A DNA stretch of 64,000 nt, from assembly GCA_951406725.2 (NCBI GenBank), contig OX597820.1, positions 118,234,001 through 118,298,000 on the forward strand, in the 5' to 3' direction. Numbering within the stretch: position 1 is the first letter of the stretch; the number at the start of each line of letters is the position of its first letter. The stretch comes from Octopus vulgaris (lineage: Eukaryota). This document shows positions 42,561-56,225 of this stretch, one piece after another. The notes beneath the pieces are model-generated. The model was not told where the DNA came from. It saw only the letters and a list, made by a program, of their open reading frames with translations, and searched no databases. The position numbers and the translations under genes were made by a program.

Positions 42561-42942
42561 GGAGGCGCAATGGCCCAGTGGTTAGGGCAGCGGACTCGCG
42601 GTCATAGGATCGCGGTTTCGATTCCCAGACCGGGCGTTGTGAGTGTTTATTGAGCGAAAACACCTAAAAGTTCCACGAGGCTCCGACAGGGGACGGTGGT
42701 GATCCCTGCTGTACTCTTTCACCACAACTTTCTCTCACTCTTACTTCCTGTTTCTGTTGTACCTGTATTTCAAAGGGCCGGCCTCGTAACTCTCTGTGTC
42801 ACGCTGAATATCCCCGAGAACTACGTTAAGGGAACGTGTCTGTGGAGTGCTCAGCCACTTACACGTTAATTTCACGAGCAGGCTGTTCCGTTGATTCGGA
42901 TCAACCGGAACCCTCGTCGTCGTAACCGACGGAGTGCTTCCA
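42561..42942 (+). mobile_element. SINE family A, full length
   Basis: A box TGGCCCAGTGG, TCG anticodon remnant, B box; TSD AATGTGGTACC at 42548-42558 and 42945-42955. Confidence 0.95.
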
Positions 42943-43663
42943 ACAATGTGGTACCGCATTTTAGAAAACATATCACTTCGGAGACAGTTGTCTTCTCTGT
43001 TGTAAGAATTATGGATCTTCCTTTCGATGAATCATCTGGCAAAGGTTTGCTTTTGGAACGCGAGTGTTACGGTTTTCGTTGCTATGTTCAAACCAGAGTT
43101 AAAAGTCAACAAATCAGAGTTTGTCTTCTACGATCATCACAGTTGCTGATCATTGGTGCCATTTAACCACGAGAATGAAAAAAAAAAACCAATCTGTCTT
43201 CGATTAGATTTTCTTTGATTTTCCTGTGCAGAAGCTTCTTGCCTTTGTTTAACCTAAGATGTCTACCATGTTTGTTTCTAGTTCCTTCAATACCTGGGAA
43301 GTTCATTGCCAGTGCTTACCAACTTCATGATTCTGCCTCCCTTGAAAATGAATTTGGAAGATATTTTAAATCCAAACTTAATACGATTGGCACAGATGTA
43401 GTTTTGCAGTTGAGAGACGTTTTTACAGCTTTGTCACAGATTTAACACAATTTTATATAATCCATATAGAACATGTAGGCGACCTTGGCGCCTAAGTCAT
43501 GCAACTACTCTCTGTCCAATATAGAGTTGTACTTTAATGGTAAGAAACATTTAGAACAGAAGAGGTGAAAACGAATCATCTTTGAATATTCCAGCTTAAA
43601 ATAAACTGTATTTCACTGAAAGACACCTACTTTGTGAGGCTGAACCACATTGGATATCATATA

Positions 43664-44178
43664 GGAGGGTGAGTCAAAAAGTAATACTATTTTGTTTAGG
43701 CCAGGTATAATTACCAGCACAGGAACATGTATCATACATGAAAATGAAGCTGGTTCTCTGTGGATCACATCCCTACTTCTCAACATAGTTACCGTTTCTC
43801 TCAATAGCAATGTTCCACCTTCGAATGAGAGTATTATCCCTGCCCTGTAAAATTCGTCACTGGAATAATGTTTGCCTTTCAAACCCTCTTTCATGGGGCC
43901 GAAGATATGATAGTCTGAAGGCGCTAAATCTGATGACAAGGAAGTGAAAACTGTAGTGAAGAAGTGGCTCAAACAACAGTCAACAGAATTTTACGGGGCA
44001 GGGATACATGCTCTCATTCGCAGGTGGAACATTGCTATTGAGAGAAACAGTGACTATGTTAAGAAGTAGGGATGTGATCCACAGAGGACCAGCTTCATTT
44101 TGATGTATGATACATGTTCCTGTGTTGGTAATTATACCTGTCCTAAACAAAATGTCATTACTTTTTGACTCACCCTTG
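43664..44178. mobile_element. Palindromic non-autonomous mariner derivative
   Basis: TA flanks; ~190-bp inverted arms beginning GAGGGTGAGTCAAAAAGTAAT; contains the transposase C-terminus DLAPSDYHIFGPMKEGLKGKHYSSDE and FYGAGIHALIRRWNIAIERNSDYVKK. Confidence 0.9.
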
Positions 44179-45047
44179 TATAAGCAACAGTTCATGAAAC
44201 CTACAATTACTGGTATTTGGAATTTTTATTGGTAATCTTATCAGAGGACACACAGACACGGTGTACTGACATCAACAGTAGTAGCAAAAGGCCAATGGCA
44301 GTGCGTCTACTTGGCTTCATCGACTGCTAGAAATAGTATCCAAGTCACACTCAAATGATACCTTATCGTAAAAATAAAGGCAAGATACTTTAGGTAATGT
44401 AGACAAGTAGACACACAGTCTAAAACAGGATGGTCATGACCGGAAAGCCTTAGATGGTCGATCATACTGTTAAGTTTCTGACCGTAGTATTCCAATATTT
44501 TTCGGTATTTGGTCTTTGCGGGGAAATGACTCACCTTTTCTATGTGTTCTTTAAGTAGAAGATTATTTCTATCGCTGTCGTGAGACACCTTCTTAAATAA
44601 CGTTGATGTTAGGTTCTCCTACAAAGTAGAATGACGTGATTGGTCTCAAGTGTTTCTGGGGTAATAAAACTCTCATATTCAAGTACACCCGCTCAGTTTG
44701 AACTTCTTAGGGAGAAAAAAAGAAGAAGCTTAGTAGTACCCATCGTTCTTAGTGTTTCTCAAAAATAAATATGAAGTACTTCGATGCTTTGTAACTGGGT
44801 TTGAGGCATTTTGGCGCAGCTATTTTGGCGGCGCTGATTCGACGTTGACTTATTTGACAGCAGACACTTTAAGGCTTCTCTCAATCTCCTCACTTCTCTC
44901 TCTCTCTCTCTGAACATATTTCTCTTTAACTGTCTGAGGCAAGGGAAATTGTGTCCTTGTTGTGACTTGACAAACAGTACAAACCCCTGGTAAATACAAT
45001 ATCTTCAATCAACAACCTCACGATATGGTATATTGTGTGACGTCTAT

Positions 45048-45083
<36 letters not shown>

Positions 45084-45243
45084 AATAATAATAATAATAA
45101 TAGTAGTAATAATAATGATAATAACCACAACAACAATAACAACAACAACAACAACAACGACAACGACGACGACAACAACAACAACAACAACAACAACAAT
45201 AATAATAATAATAATGATAATAATAATAATAATAATAATAATA

Positions 45244-45806
45244 AATGCCCTGATGCAGTACCAGACAGTGGCTCTCATGGCTTCCGATCTTAACTGATTA
45301 GAAGTGTTATCATGTACATTGTTTTGTCTTGGTATAAAAGATGGGCTTCAGCAGCAAATATTCTGCTCAATACCAAAGATTTGCTTGTCAGTTGTTTGAC
45401 CATAACCAGTTGAGCATGTCCCTTAGTGGCCGACGATATGTGCATCTCTGATCACGAGCAGAAGTAGTTGCGGAGCATCATAGCCATGTGTTGAGAGGGA
45501 TTCTTTTGGGGTTTGAATAATTCATGTCTGGAAACATGGGTGTTTCGTTCAACATCCTTAAACAACCTATATTCAGGCACCTTTTGAGCGGGATGGGTTA
45601 CTCGACCAGAAGAAAATTCTAACTGGGCCCCACCTGCAAGGTCATGTGCTGTTTATCTTGATATGAGATCACCATGTCATGCACATATGGTTGTGATGCA
45701 TGTGCCTGGTGTACCCTTATCAGACGGGTAGTCATGATGGATATACGGGGCTTCGTATATTTTACCCCAGTGTCACTTTGATGGCATGTACGGCTCTCTC
45801 ACTCAA
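45244..45806 (+). mobile_element. Family F element, longest copy (about 560 bp) within (AAT)n
   Basis: Begins AATGCCCTGATGCAGTACC and ends CTCTCTCACTCAAT; (AAT)n on both sides. Confidence 0.88.
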
Positions 45807-46999
45807 TGATAATAATAATAATAATAATAATAATAATAGTAATAATGATAATGAATACGATCACGCAGTACTTTGTGAGCAGAATGCTGTAGAATCAAAT
45901 CTGAGGTGCATTATTTTAGAAATAATATAAAAGTTATAGGATGGCCGTCGTTTGAATGATCGATGAGATCTGACATTGGGCTAAGAAGAATAAGAACAAG
46001 AACAACAGCATCAACATCAAGAACGTCAGCGTCATTTGCAAAGGGCCAAAGAGGGACCTCTAGGCTTGCAAGAAATAGCAACTAAATCTTCCTCATATGG
46101 CACCTTATCGTACTACATAAGTACTAGATTGTTTAGTTAATGTTGATAAGGCATACTCTCAAAAATGGAATCATCAGAGCCGGAATTCTTTGTTTCATAG
46201 TTCAGTGTGATGAAATTCGTCCTGGGGTTAAACAGCAACAGCACCAGCAGCAGCAGCAGCAGTGGCAGCAGCAGCACTACCACCACCACCACCACCACCA
46301 CCACCACCACCACCACCACCACCACAAACACCAGCGCCAGCACCAGCAGCACCACCTACTAACACCACCACAAAGAAATGATAGAAATGTTTCATTTTGT
46401 CGTTTGCAATGGCGGCTCCTGTGGTTTCCTGTAATGGCTGTTCCGGAGCATTAGGTCGCGTATGGAAGTGCTAAGTGGTTTGATTGAACTATATAAGCAA
46501 AACATAACAAATGCCAGCCGATTCTGTCGGCATTTGAAATGAGGGCGAACGTAGCGAGCCAGACCGAATACTGCCTAGTAAGATCTATCCTACAGCTCTA
46601 ATGGACATTTCTTCGCTTTCCTCCCGTAACCAATGTAAACCGAAAAATTCTCACCTCGACCTGTTTGCTACTCGCAGTTATCAATCAACTAAATATTCTT
46701 CTTCTTCTCTCACTCGACTGCCATCATTCATACGTCACTGATTCAATTCAATCACACCACACTCGTTTAGTTAGTTAGATCATTCTTAAACTTATTCTCT
46801 CAACTCCTTCATGTTCTCATTCACTTTCGTTTCTTTCACAATTTCCTTCATTTAATATCACATTCACTCAATCCTTTTTGTACAATCGCTCACTCAATCA
46901 CTTCTTTATTCACAAAAATTCGATCACTCAAATCGATTCGTATTTACTCGCTCAGACAGTCTTAAACATTCACGTATTCGCTTCTCTCTCTTTCCCTCC

Positions 47000-48160
47000 C
47001 CTCACTCACTCATTCACTCACTCGCTCGCTCACTCAGTCGCTCACTCATTCACTCACTCACTCCCTCACTCACTCGCTCGCTCACTCACTCGTTCGCTCA
47101 CTCACTCACTCACTCACTTACTCACTTACTCTCTCACTCACTCATTCACTCACTCACTCACTCAACTCACTCACTCACTCACTCACTCACTCACTCACTC
47201 GCTCACTCTATCACTCGCTCACTAAGTCACTCACTCACTCACTCACTCAGTCAGTCAGTCACTCACTCACTCACTCACTCGCTCGCTCACTCACTCACTC
47301 ACTCGATCAATCTATCACTCACTCACTCACTCACTCACTCACTCACTCACTCACTCACTCACTCACTCACTCACTCACTCACTCACTCACTCACTCACTC
47401 ACTCACTCACTCATTCACTCACTCACTCGCTCGCTCACTCACTCACTCACTCACTCACTCACTCATTCACTCGCTTACTCGCTTGCTCACTCACTCACTC
47501 ACTCACTCACTCATTCACTCGCTTACTAGCTTGCTCACTCACTCCCCCACTCACTCGCTCACTCTCTCCCCCACTCACTCACTCACTCACACACTCACTC
47601 ACTCACTCACTCACTCACTCACTCGCTCGCTCACTCACTCACTCACTCGATCAATCTATCACTCACTCACTCACTCACTCACTCACTCACTCACTCTCGC
47701 TCACTCACTCACTCACTCACTCACTCACTCACTCATTCACTCGCTTACTCGCTTGCTCACTCACTCCCCCACTCACTCACTCACTCCCCCACTCACTCAC
47801 TCACTCTCTCCCCCACTCACTCACTCACTCACTCACTCACTCACTCACTCACTCGCTTACTCGCTTGCTCACTCACTCCCCCACTCACTCACTCACTCTC
47901 TCCCCCACTCACTCACTCACTCACTCACTTACTCACTCACTCACTCACTCACTCACTCACTCGCTCGCTCACTCGCTCACTCTCTCCCCCACTCACTCAC
48001 TCACTCACTTACTCGCTCGCTCACTCGCTCACTCTCTCCCCCACTCACTCGCTCACTCACTCACTCGCTCACTCTCTCACTCACTCTGTCCTCCACTCAC
48101 TTACTCACTCACTCACTCGCTCGCTCGCTCCCTCACTCACTCACTCACTCACTCCCTCCT
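47000..48160. repeat. (ACTC)n tetranucleotide array, about 1.15 kb, with variant units
   Basis: Directly visible; source of the (LTHS)n ORFs. Confidence 0.97.
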
Positions 48161-48274
48161 TCAATCACCCACTCACACTTTCCCTCTCACTCATAACTTC
48201 TATCCTCTTCTCTCCCGTCTTCCTTTGCTGTTTTCATCTTCAATCTCTTTACGTCTGTAAGTTTGTGTGCGTGC

Positions 48275-48306
<32 letters not shown>

Positions 48307-48797
48307 CAGTATGTCTCTGTGTGTGTAGGTCTATGAATCTATGTATTTATATGTGTGTATGTGTGTAATTCTTCATTTTACACATCATTTCTCACAATTC
48401 TCTCCCTTCACACGATTACATCTCCCTCTCCCAACACATCCTTTTCCCTCTTCTCTCCCTTCCTCTCTCTCACTCTCTCTCTATCTCTCTCTCTCTGTCA
48501 CTCTTCCCCCCTCTCTCTCTCTCTCCCTCTTGTCTTCTCTTTCGTCATTCTTCTCTGATACCAACATTTCTTATGTGCATGAAAGCACAAATAATTCGAA
48601 ACCGAAAATGTAATAAAATGAAACGAATAAAAACATACAAAAAAAAAAGAAGAAAGGCAAAAAAAAAAAACTATACAAAAACACACAAAAACACAAGCTT
48701 TAAACACCAACAGTCACAAAAAACACCAGCAATAACAGCAACAGCAACAACAACAACAACAAAAAAGACTAATGCGATTACCAACCAAAGAGTAACT

Positions 48798-48802
<5 letters not shown>

Positions 48803-48836
<34 letters not shown>

Positions 48837-48855
48837 GTATATATATATGTATATG

Positions 48856-48902
<47 letters not shown>

Positions 48903-48903
48903 G

Positions 48904-48995
<92 letters not shown>

Positions 48996-49121
48996 CACAT
49001 ATATATATATATATAAATATGTACATACATACATATATATATATATACATATATATACATATATATGTATATATATATATGTATATATATATACATATAT
49101 ATACATATATATGTATATATC

Positions 49122-49156
<35 letters not shown>
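48803..49156. repeat. Compound (TA)n/(TG)n microsatellite
   Basis: Directly visible. Confidence 0.95.
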
Positions 49157-49418
49157 TTTTTCAAAATATAACAAACGTAGAAGAGGGAACAAAATTATAT
49201 CAAATTTGAAAACAATAAGAAATACGAGAGGAAAAAAAAATAATACAGAAAAATACAAAAACCCAAAAAATTCCCCCAAAAAAAAACAAAGATAAGATAA
49301 AAGTGCGATAAAAAAAATGCAAAGCGAAAAATTATCCGACAAAATGAACACTAACAACAACCACATCACAACAAAGCAGCCACAACGAATATAATACGCA
49401 CACTGTATACATACATGC

Positions 49419-49494
<76 letters not shown>

Positions 49495-49873
49495 GTAAAC
49501 ATGTGTGTGTGTGTGTGTGTGGTGTGTTTGTGTAACGACACAGGAGAAAACAAATACGACTCCAACAAGAACATCAACAAGATGAAGAGGGGAGAAAGAA
49601 GGTTAAAACAAAAATAATTCGTTAAAACAAACCTAGGAATCACGTCACACCATACACACACACATATGCACACATACACACACATACACACACATACATA
49701 CACACACACGCACACACGTACACGCACACACGTACACATTATTCTATTCTAGCAAAGTCAGAAAGTTATACACAAACACATTTATATATTATACAAACAT
49801 ATACATACACACCACCGCGCGCATACACAGAAACACACACAGACACACATACACTGACATACATGCACACACG

Positions 49874-49911
<38 letters not shown>

Positions 49912-49945
49912 CACACACATATATATTCACGGACACATGCATATA

Positions 49946-49995
<50 letters not shown>

Positions 49996-50838
49996 CGCTA
50001 ATACATTGTATACATGCATATATATAAGTGTAGATATATGTATGTATGCATATATACATACACACAAGCATATAACGTGTGTGTTTGTGCATGGAAATAA
50101 ATGTATAAGTATGCAGACAACCACACGCATAAATACACATCCATATAATATATTACATACACACATACACATACGCATACGCGCGCGTGCGCACGCAAAA
50201 CAAAACAAAGAAGAAAAAGGCAAACCCAAAACAAAGCCGCCATTTTTTTCAACAAGCGAAAATTTATCAGGCGAGAGGTTAAACAGCGTTTGTGCCATTT
50301 CAGGCCTTGTCAGCTTCGGCTTAGCTTTTCTCATTTATTTTTTCCTTTTCTATGATTTTGTCAGATTTTTTTCTATCTTTGCTCATCAAAGAGGGTTGGT
50401 GTGGATTTTAAAGCGATGAGATTTTAATTCCAGGACGCTACTTATTTCAAATTAACGACTATCCAACCATCGGCTTTATAGAAGTTCCGGGATTTCTGGC
50501 TGACAGCCGTTCTCTGATGAGTTTTATGTTTTGCCCTTTTTTTGGGAACCAATATTCATAAATAAATCCGATACTGCCCCGGACAACATACACGATCCAT
50601 AACATGTAGGAGCTTCCAAGAATGCATGTTTATTTTGGGATTCTTACAATGTGTATGTGTGTGTGTGTGACTGTATGTGTGTATATGTGTGAGTATGTGT
50701 AAGTATGTGTATATGTGTGTGTAACTGCGCTTATGCAATATATAACAATATATATATATAGATATTAATAATGATAAGGAAACGAAGATTTTTCACATGC
50801 ATAATTTTATTTAACAGTTATTTACAGCACTTTTACGC

Positions 50839-50922
50839 GACCTACACATGTTGCAACTGCAGCGACTGAACACTGTTGGATATGCAATTTAGCATCATGG
50901 CCGGAGCAGTTTCATTAGGGCC
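50839..50922 (-). ncRNA. Decayed hammerhead motif downstream of the GIY-YIG remnant
   Basis: Minus strand: gcc CUAAUGA aacugc..gcaguu GCAA caugug UA ggu (two core mutations, perfect 6-bp stem II base). Confidence 0.55.
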
Positions 50923-50990
50923 CTTACACTCTGCCGTTTCGATGCATACATACATACATACATACATACATACATACATACATACATACA

Positions 50991-51104
<114 letters not shown>

Positions 51105-51863
51105 CATATATATATATATATAATATTAATTAGAGACATATATAGTAACAGTTTAGAATAAACCATTAGTTTCATATCTAGCGTAAACTAAACATAACTT
51201 CAGTCTCACTAAACGATAATTGTTCTCTGCAAAGAATATTCCTCTTAAAAACTTATGGCCGGGCGAGTTGTCTTCCCTCGCATGATAGCTAGGTTTTCCA
51301 ATTTTGAAGTAAAAATTTCCGAAAATGTGGACGACACCCCACGGTTTCCGCCCTTGGGTTCAGGTAGCCTCTTGGCTGATATGAGCTCATAAGGATTATA
51401 TATTCTTCTGCCATACACAATTAACATAGTCTTGTTCCATTGCAATAGGGTCCACAAGTTTCCAGTAATTTGCACCTGATGTTAAAGGGTGTCTGATCGT
51501 CCGTTAGTCACCATACGTATGCTGCGAGCGTCGTTGTGTTGCGTCTCTCCGGGACCCCGAACGAAGATCTGTGGTTGTTCAGGCAAATTTTAAATTTGGA
51601 TTCACAAGATCCGACATAAACTTCAGTGTATGTCCCTGTGTTGGGATTGGCGTTACTGATATTTACGCTGCTTCTGTTTGAGACTAGCTTTGCTTGGTAC
51701 ATGGTAGAGCTTGAAAGCCTATATAAATTAGTGACAGAAGGCAGTTCCTGGTGATGAGTGTATCCTTTAGTTCATGTAGTCGTGTGTTTCCGATGTTTAT
51801 ATTAGAAACTATAGTACAAATCCTTTTTGCCAGGTTGAAGGGAATATTCATTCTAAGGAGGAA

Positions 51864-52248
51864 GGAAGCACTCCGTCGGTTACGACGATGAGGGTTCCGG
51901 TTGATCCGAATCAACGGAGCAGCCTGCTCGTGAAATTAACGTGTAAGTGGCTGAACACTTCACAGACACGTGTACCCTTAACGTAGTTGTCGGGGATATT
52001 CAGCGTGACACAGAGGGTGACAAGGCCGGCCCTTTGAATTACAGGTACAACAGAAACAGGAAGTAAGAGTGAGAGAAAGCTGTGGTGAAAGAGTACAGCA
52101 GGGATCACCACCATCCCCTGTCGGAGCATCGTGGAGCTTTTAGGTGTTTTCGCTCAATAAACACTCACAACGCCCGGTCTGGGAATCGAAACCGCGATCC
52201 TATGACCGCGAGTCCGCTGCCCTAACCACTGGACCATTGCACCTCCAC
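51864..52248 (-). mobile_element. SINE family A inserted in the Penelope RT
   Basis: TSD ATATTCATTCTA at 51844-51855 and 52250-52261. Confidence 0.94.
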
Positions 52249-52991
52249 TATATTCATTCTAGTGAGTCTGGGATAGCATGAGTTGAACGGTAGATATTGC
52301 TTGGTATCCATGAGTTTATAATAAGTGTCTGTTTCTATTTTGTTATATAATTTAACATATACTGTTTATAAAAGAGCTATAAATAGTTTCACGTTTTACT
52401 GTTATAACAATTTGGCAGATGTATATAACATGCTTAGACAAGGCATGTTATATAAATCTACCAAATAATTGTATCTTTAGAGCATGGAATTCTTTGTAGG
52501 TCTTTTGTAAATTGTGTTGCGCAAGGCTTTTCCTTGCTTTAAAAAGCTTCATCTCCAGACATCGCTGGGTTGTTAACATCTCTCTTATGTGTTGCATACT
52601 ATGGCTGGCTGTAGCTGCAAGCAAAAAAAAAAAAAGGAAAAATAGAAAAAAGGCAAATACTCAATAAAAAATTCCATGATAGAATGAAGGCATGCGCCAT
52701 CGCAGGTGTTAAACTCGTGCCATCGTAGGTGTCTGCACACCTGCTCCAAGAGGCGCTCGTCATTGTCACATGTATGCAAAAAATTCCTAGCAAGACTGAA
52801 AAGTCACATTTCTACTGCTTATGTTTAAGAGAATAATCAAGCAATGGCATTCCTCGAAAAACAAATTGCTCTTATCATGTATGTATGTATGTATGTATGT
52901 ATGTATGTATGTATGTATGTATGTATGTATGTATGTATGTATGTATGTATGTATGTATGTATGTATGTATGTATGTTTGTATGTATGTAGG

Positions 52992-53022
<31 letters not shown>

Positions 53023-53054
53023 GTCTGTACGTATAAACTATTTCTCTCTCTCTC

Positions 53055-53096
<42 letters not shown>

Positions 53097-53332
53097 ATTA
53101 AATTAATATCCAATTTTTTCACCCTCATTTTAACTTTAATTATGAATTAATATGTTCTCAAACCGGCGTAAACTACTGCAGTGAATATTTTATGCAGTAT
53201 TTATTTCTGGGAATTTGGCGCGCTAGAGCGAAGGCATTTGAATGTAACTGTGAATATAATCGGCCGAACTGCTCGTGTCTCTGACCTCGTGTTAATATAT
53301 AGCGTGCAGTTCGACAAATTATATTTTGACGT

Positions 53333-53408
53333 ACTCCACCGATGATCTGAGGATAGTTATGTAAGTTGAATTGCATAATTTATTAACAGTGAAACAATTG
53401 TATGGGGT
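53333..53408 (+). ncRNA. Type I hammerhead motif with CCGAUGA core
   Basis: acucca CCGAUGA ucug..uuaugua..ugcauaa..cagu GAAA caauug UA uggggu. Confidence 0.6.
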
Positions 53409-53560
53409 TAATCTATATTTTTGTTATTTTTCATTTGTCCTGCTCGCTTACGTTCTTAGTGTGCTAAAACTTTTCTTGAGAACAATTCTTAGTGGTTGAG
53501 TCCCTTTGCGGATCTATATCTAGCGTAAGAGCGTCCACATCGTAGATTCTCTCTCATATT

Positions 53561-53607
<47 letters not shown>

Positions 53608-53681
53608 GACACCCTGCAGGGCGAAAAGCAAAACTCTTCGGAGGGCGGAGAAAGCCCATGCGAGTCACCGGCCTTGTTAAA

Positions 53682-53744
<63 letters not shown>

Positions 53745-53878
53745 TATATATGTGTGTATGTAGTGTGTGTGTGTGTTGTGTATGTGTAGGTTCATATAAA
53801 ATGTATATTCTAATTAAAACATTTTTTAAAATTTCTATTGTATATCTATTATTTCATATTTCATTATATACCCTAATC

Positions 53879-53908
53879 TGACGTGCCACGGTTGCCGTGG
53901 CAACCAAT
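53879..53908. promoter_or_regulatory. Candidate RFX X-box flanked by TGACGTG and CCAAT
   Basis: GTTGCCGTGGCAAC at 53891-53904 is one mismatch from GTTGCCATGGCAAC; motif match only. Confidence 0.3.
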
Positions 53909-54139
53909 GTTATTTCTTCTTGAAGCATAAATTCGAAAGCAGAATCAAGGGAGAGGAATTACAGCTGGTTGAAATCTCCAAGCAGTTTAAATGTACAAGT
54001 TTCCTACATTCAAGTGGCTAAAAATTGCCAACAAAAGGGCACATTGGAATCATGAACTGGATGTGGCCCGGCTCCCTTAGAATATAAGAAGTTAACGGCC
54101 GAAACACTCGCTGTTCAGCTCTCTTACGAGTTTCTTACC

Positions 54140-55068
54140 ACTAGGTCTCTGATTCTGGGATCGTACTGTTAGTAACCTTCGACTCATAGATTAGATTGGA
54201 ATATATAGCTTGGTCAAGGCAACTAGTGTAAGAGATGATACACTCTGAAAGAAAACCTGAGGAGCCGTCGAAGACCTTGACCTTGTCATTTCATACGTCG
54301 CACCAATGAATTCTTCTGTGGTCAAGAAGTCGGGGGTTATGTGCAAGTTATGTCCACTCAAAGTATGCTCGACTGTACTGATACTCCTTGTCCTCTACAT
54401 GTACAGTTAACATCAGCTGTATGTGTGGTAGTAGTCTTAAAATGACCTCTAACCTCATTTGGAATATCTCAAACAGAACTGACGAACAACAGCAAATGTT
54501 TAGGAACCATATGTGAACAGGTATAGCTCAGTTCGTGCCCCACAACAATATAGGTTTGGGCCGGTCGTAATCCTGCTACTGTGGTTAATCGATGACACAG
54601 GAAGGCTAAACACTCCATAATATTTGCTTGTTGGAATATGCGTTCTTTAGTTGATGACAATTTGATCCAAAGATCAGAGAAGCGAGTCACACTAGTCAAG
54701 AAAGAGGTGATATGCATTAGATATAGTGGCTCTCTCTAAGACACGCCTAACTATGGAAGGCCACCACGATGGAAATATATTTTGTTACACCTACTATTAG
54801 GAAGGTGTAGAAGAAGGTTAATGTAGAGAATCAGATGTTGGTTTCACTGTTAGAAAGCATGGTGTCTCAACTTTTGAATATTATCCCAGTGATTCCTCGG
54901 AACGTATTATGTCGTCTCGTCTGCATCCGAAGAAATGGAGATATCTCACAATAATAAGTGTTTACTTAGCCATAATATCGCATACAGAAACATCCATAGA
55001 ACAGTTCTACAAGGAACTTGGTAAACCAGGGAGAAATGTGTCAGCTGTTAGTAATTATGGGTGACTAG
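54140..55068 (+). mobile_element. RTE-clade LINE 5' fragment with decayed APE endonuclease
   Basis: From 54617: IIFACWNMRSL..RSEKRVTLV..ALDIVALSKTRL..DVGFTVR..SERIMSSRL..LTIISVY..EQFYKEL..VIMGD. Confidence 0.8.
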
Positions 55069-55405
55069 AAATATCTAGAAAGCACGAACTTGTTGGACAA
55101 ACTTAGTCAACTGTATCAAACAATCAGATACCAATGAATGCAAATAGAATAATTCCTCTAAGTATTTCCTCATGCATGACAAATGAATCAAAATATCGCT
55201 CAGAAGAATTTCACGAAATTCGGAGTATAAGATACTAAGATTGGAGAAAATCACATCTTTAATTGATGATTACAACCTCGTTTCTGTTGTTATGACATAT
55301 TTAGATATAGAAAAATAGTACAACATCCCGGTCAAATTAATGTATCAGAAAATATATGCTGACACAACGTTAGCAAGGCTATCTAAAATTCAGATAGAGG
55401 GAATT

Positions 55406-55715
55406 GTTTGTTTTATTTGTTCCTTCTCGAGCCATGCCTGGCTCATAAGGGCCGGTTTCCCGGTTTCTTGGCATATAGGTTCCCCACCTGGACGGGACGC
55501 CGGTCCGACGCAGGTGAGCTGCAAGATGTAGGAGGAAAGAGTGAGAGAAAGTTGTGACGAAAGAGTCAGCAGAAGTTTCGCCATTACCTTCTGCCGGAGC
55601 TGCATGGAGCTTAGGTGTTTCGCTCATAAACACACACATCGCCCGGTCTGAGATTCGAACCCGCGATCCCTCGACCGTGAGTCCGCTGCTCTAACCACTA
55701 GGCCATGTGCCTCCA
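55406..55715 (-). mobile_element. tRNA-derived SINE with family-A-like head and a third tail type
   Basis: 15-bp TSD CAGATAGAGGGAATT at 55391-55405 and 55716-55730. Confidence 0.92.
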
Positions 55716-55839
55716 CAGATAGAGGGAATTCCGACTATGAAATTGATAATACCTTTAAGATATTACCTTGTAATACTCTTGCTTTAACACCTAATACTTC
55801 GAGTAGAATTAATACTAATTTCTTTAACCATGTAAAAAC

Positions 55840-56225
55840 AAAATTAGGTGTCCACTAGAAAATCAGTGTTTAAGGAAGAATGTAGAATGTCAAAGTAAGG
55901 CCATTGCAAGGAATCGAACGTAATATTACAGAGGTTCATCTGCCATAATTTGGAAATCTAGATTACGTAATCATTCTTCATTTAAATTTAAAACAAAATG
56001 TATTTACATTATTTACACCAGTTTCCGTTTTCGTATTTTCCAGTGGTGCCCTCTGTCTATTATTTGGACTCCATCCCAAATCCCCCCTGTGGGATGAAGT
56101 TAAAATAATAGATAAAGAAGCAGCACATATGCTAGGATACAACAACCAACTAAGCAGACCGAGTGCAGATATGAACAGCATATGGGAACTGGTATTAAGG
56201 AAGGTACCAATCAAGAACTAGGGTC
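55840..56225 (+). mobile_element. Decayed Penelope-like GIY-YIG fragments (probably two)
   Basis: CPLENQCLRKNVECQ..YYRGSS..WKSRLRNHSSF, and PLWDEVKIIDKEAAHMLGYNNQLSRPSADMNSIWELVLRK. Confidence 0.6.

Noticed and set aside
42561-42635. tRNA-Arg gene
   Set aside because: It is the head of a multi-copy SINE with TSDs and has no proper acceptor stem.
47000-48160. CRISPR-like or telomeric array
   Set aside because: A simple tetranucleotide repeat without spacers; not TTAGGG.
50512-50570. CTGATGAG followed by a hairpin
   Set aside because: No GAAA core after the stem.
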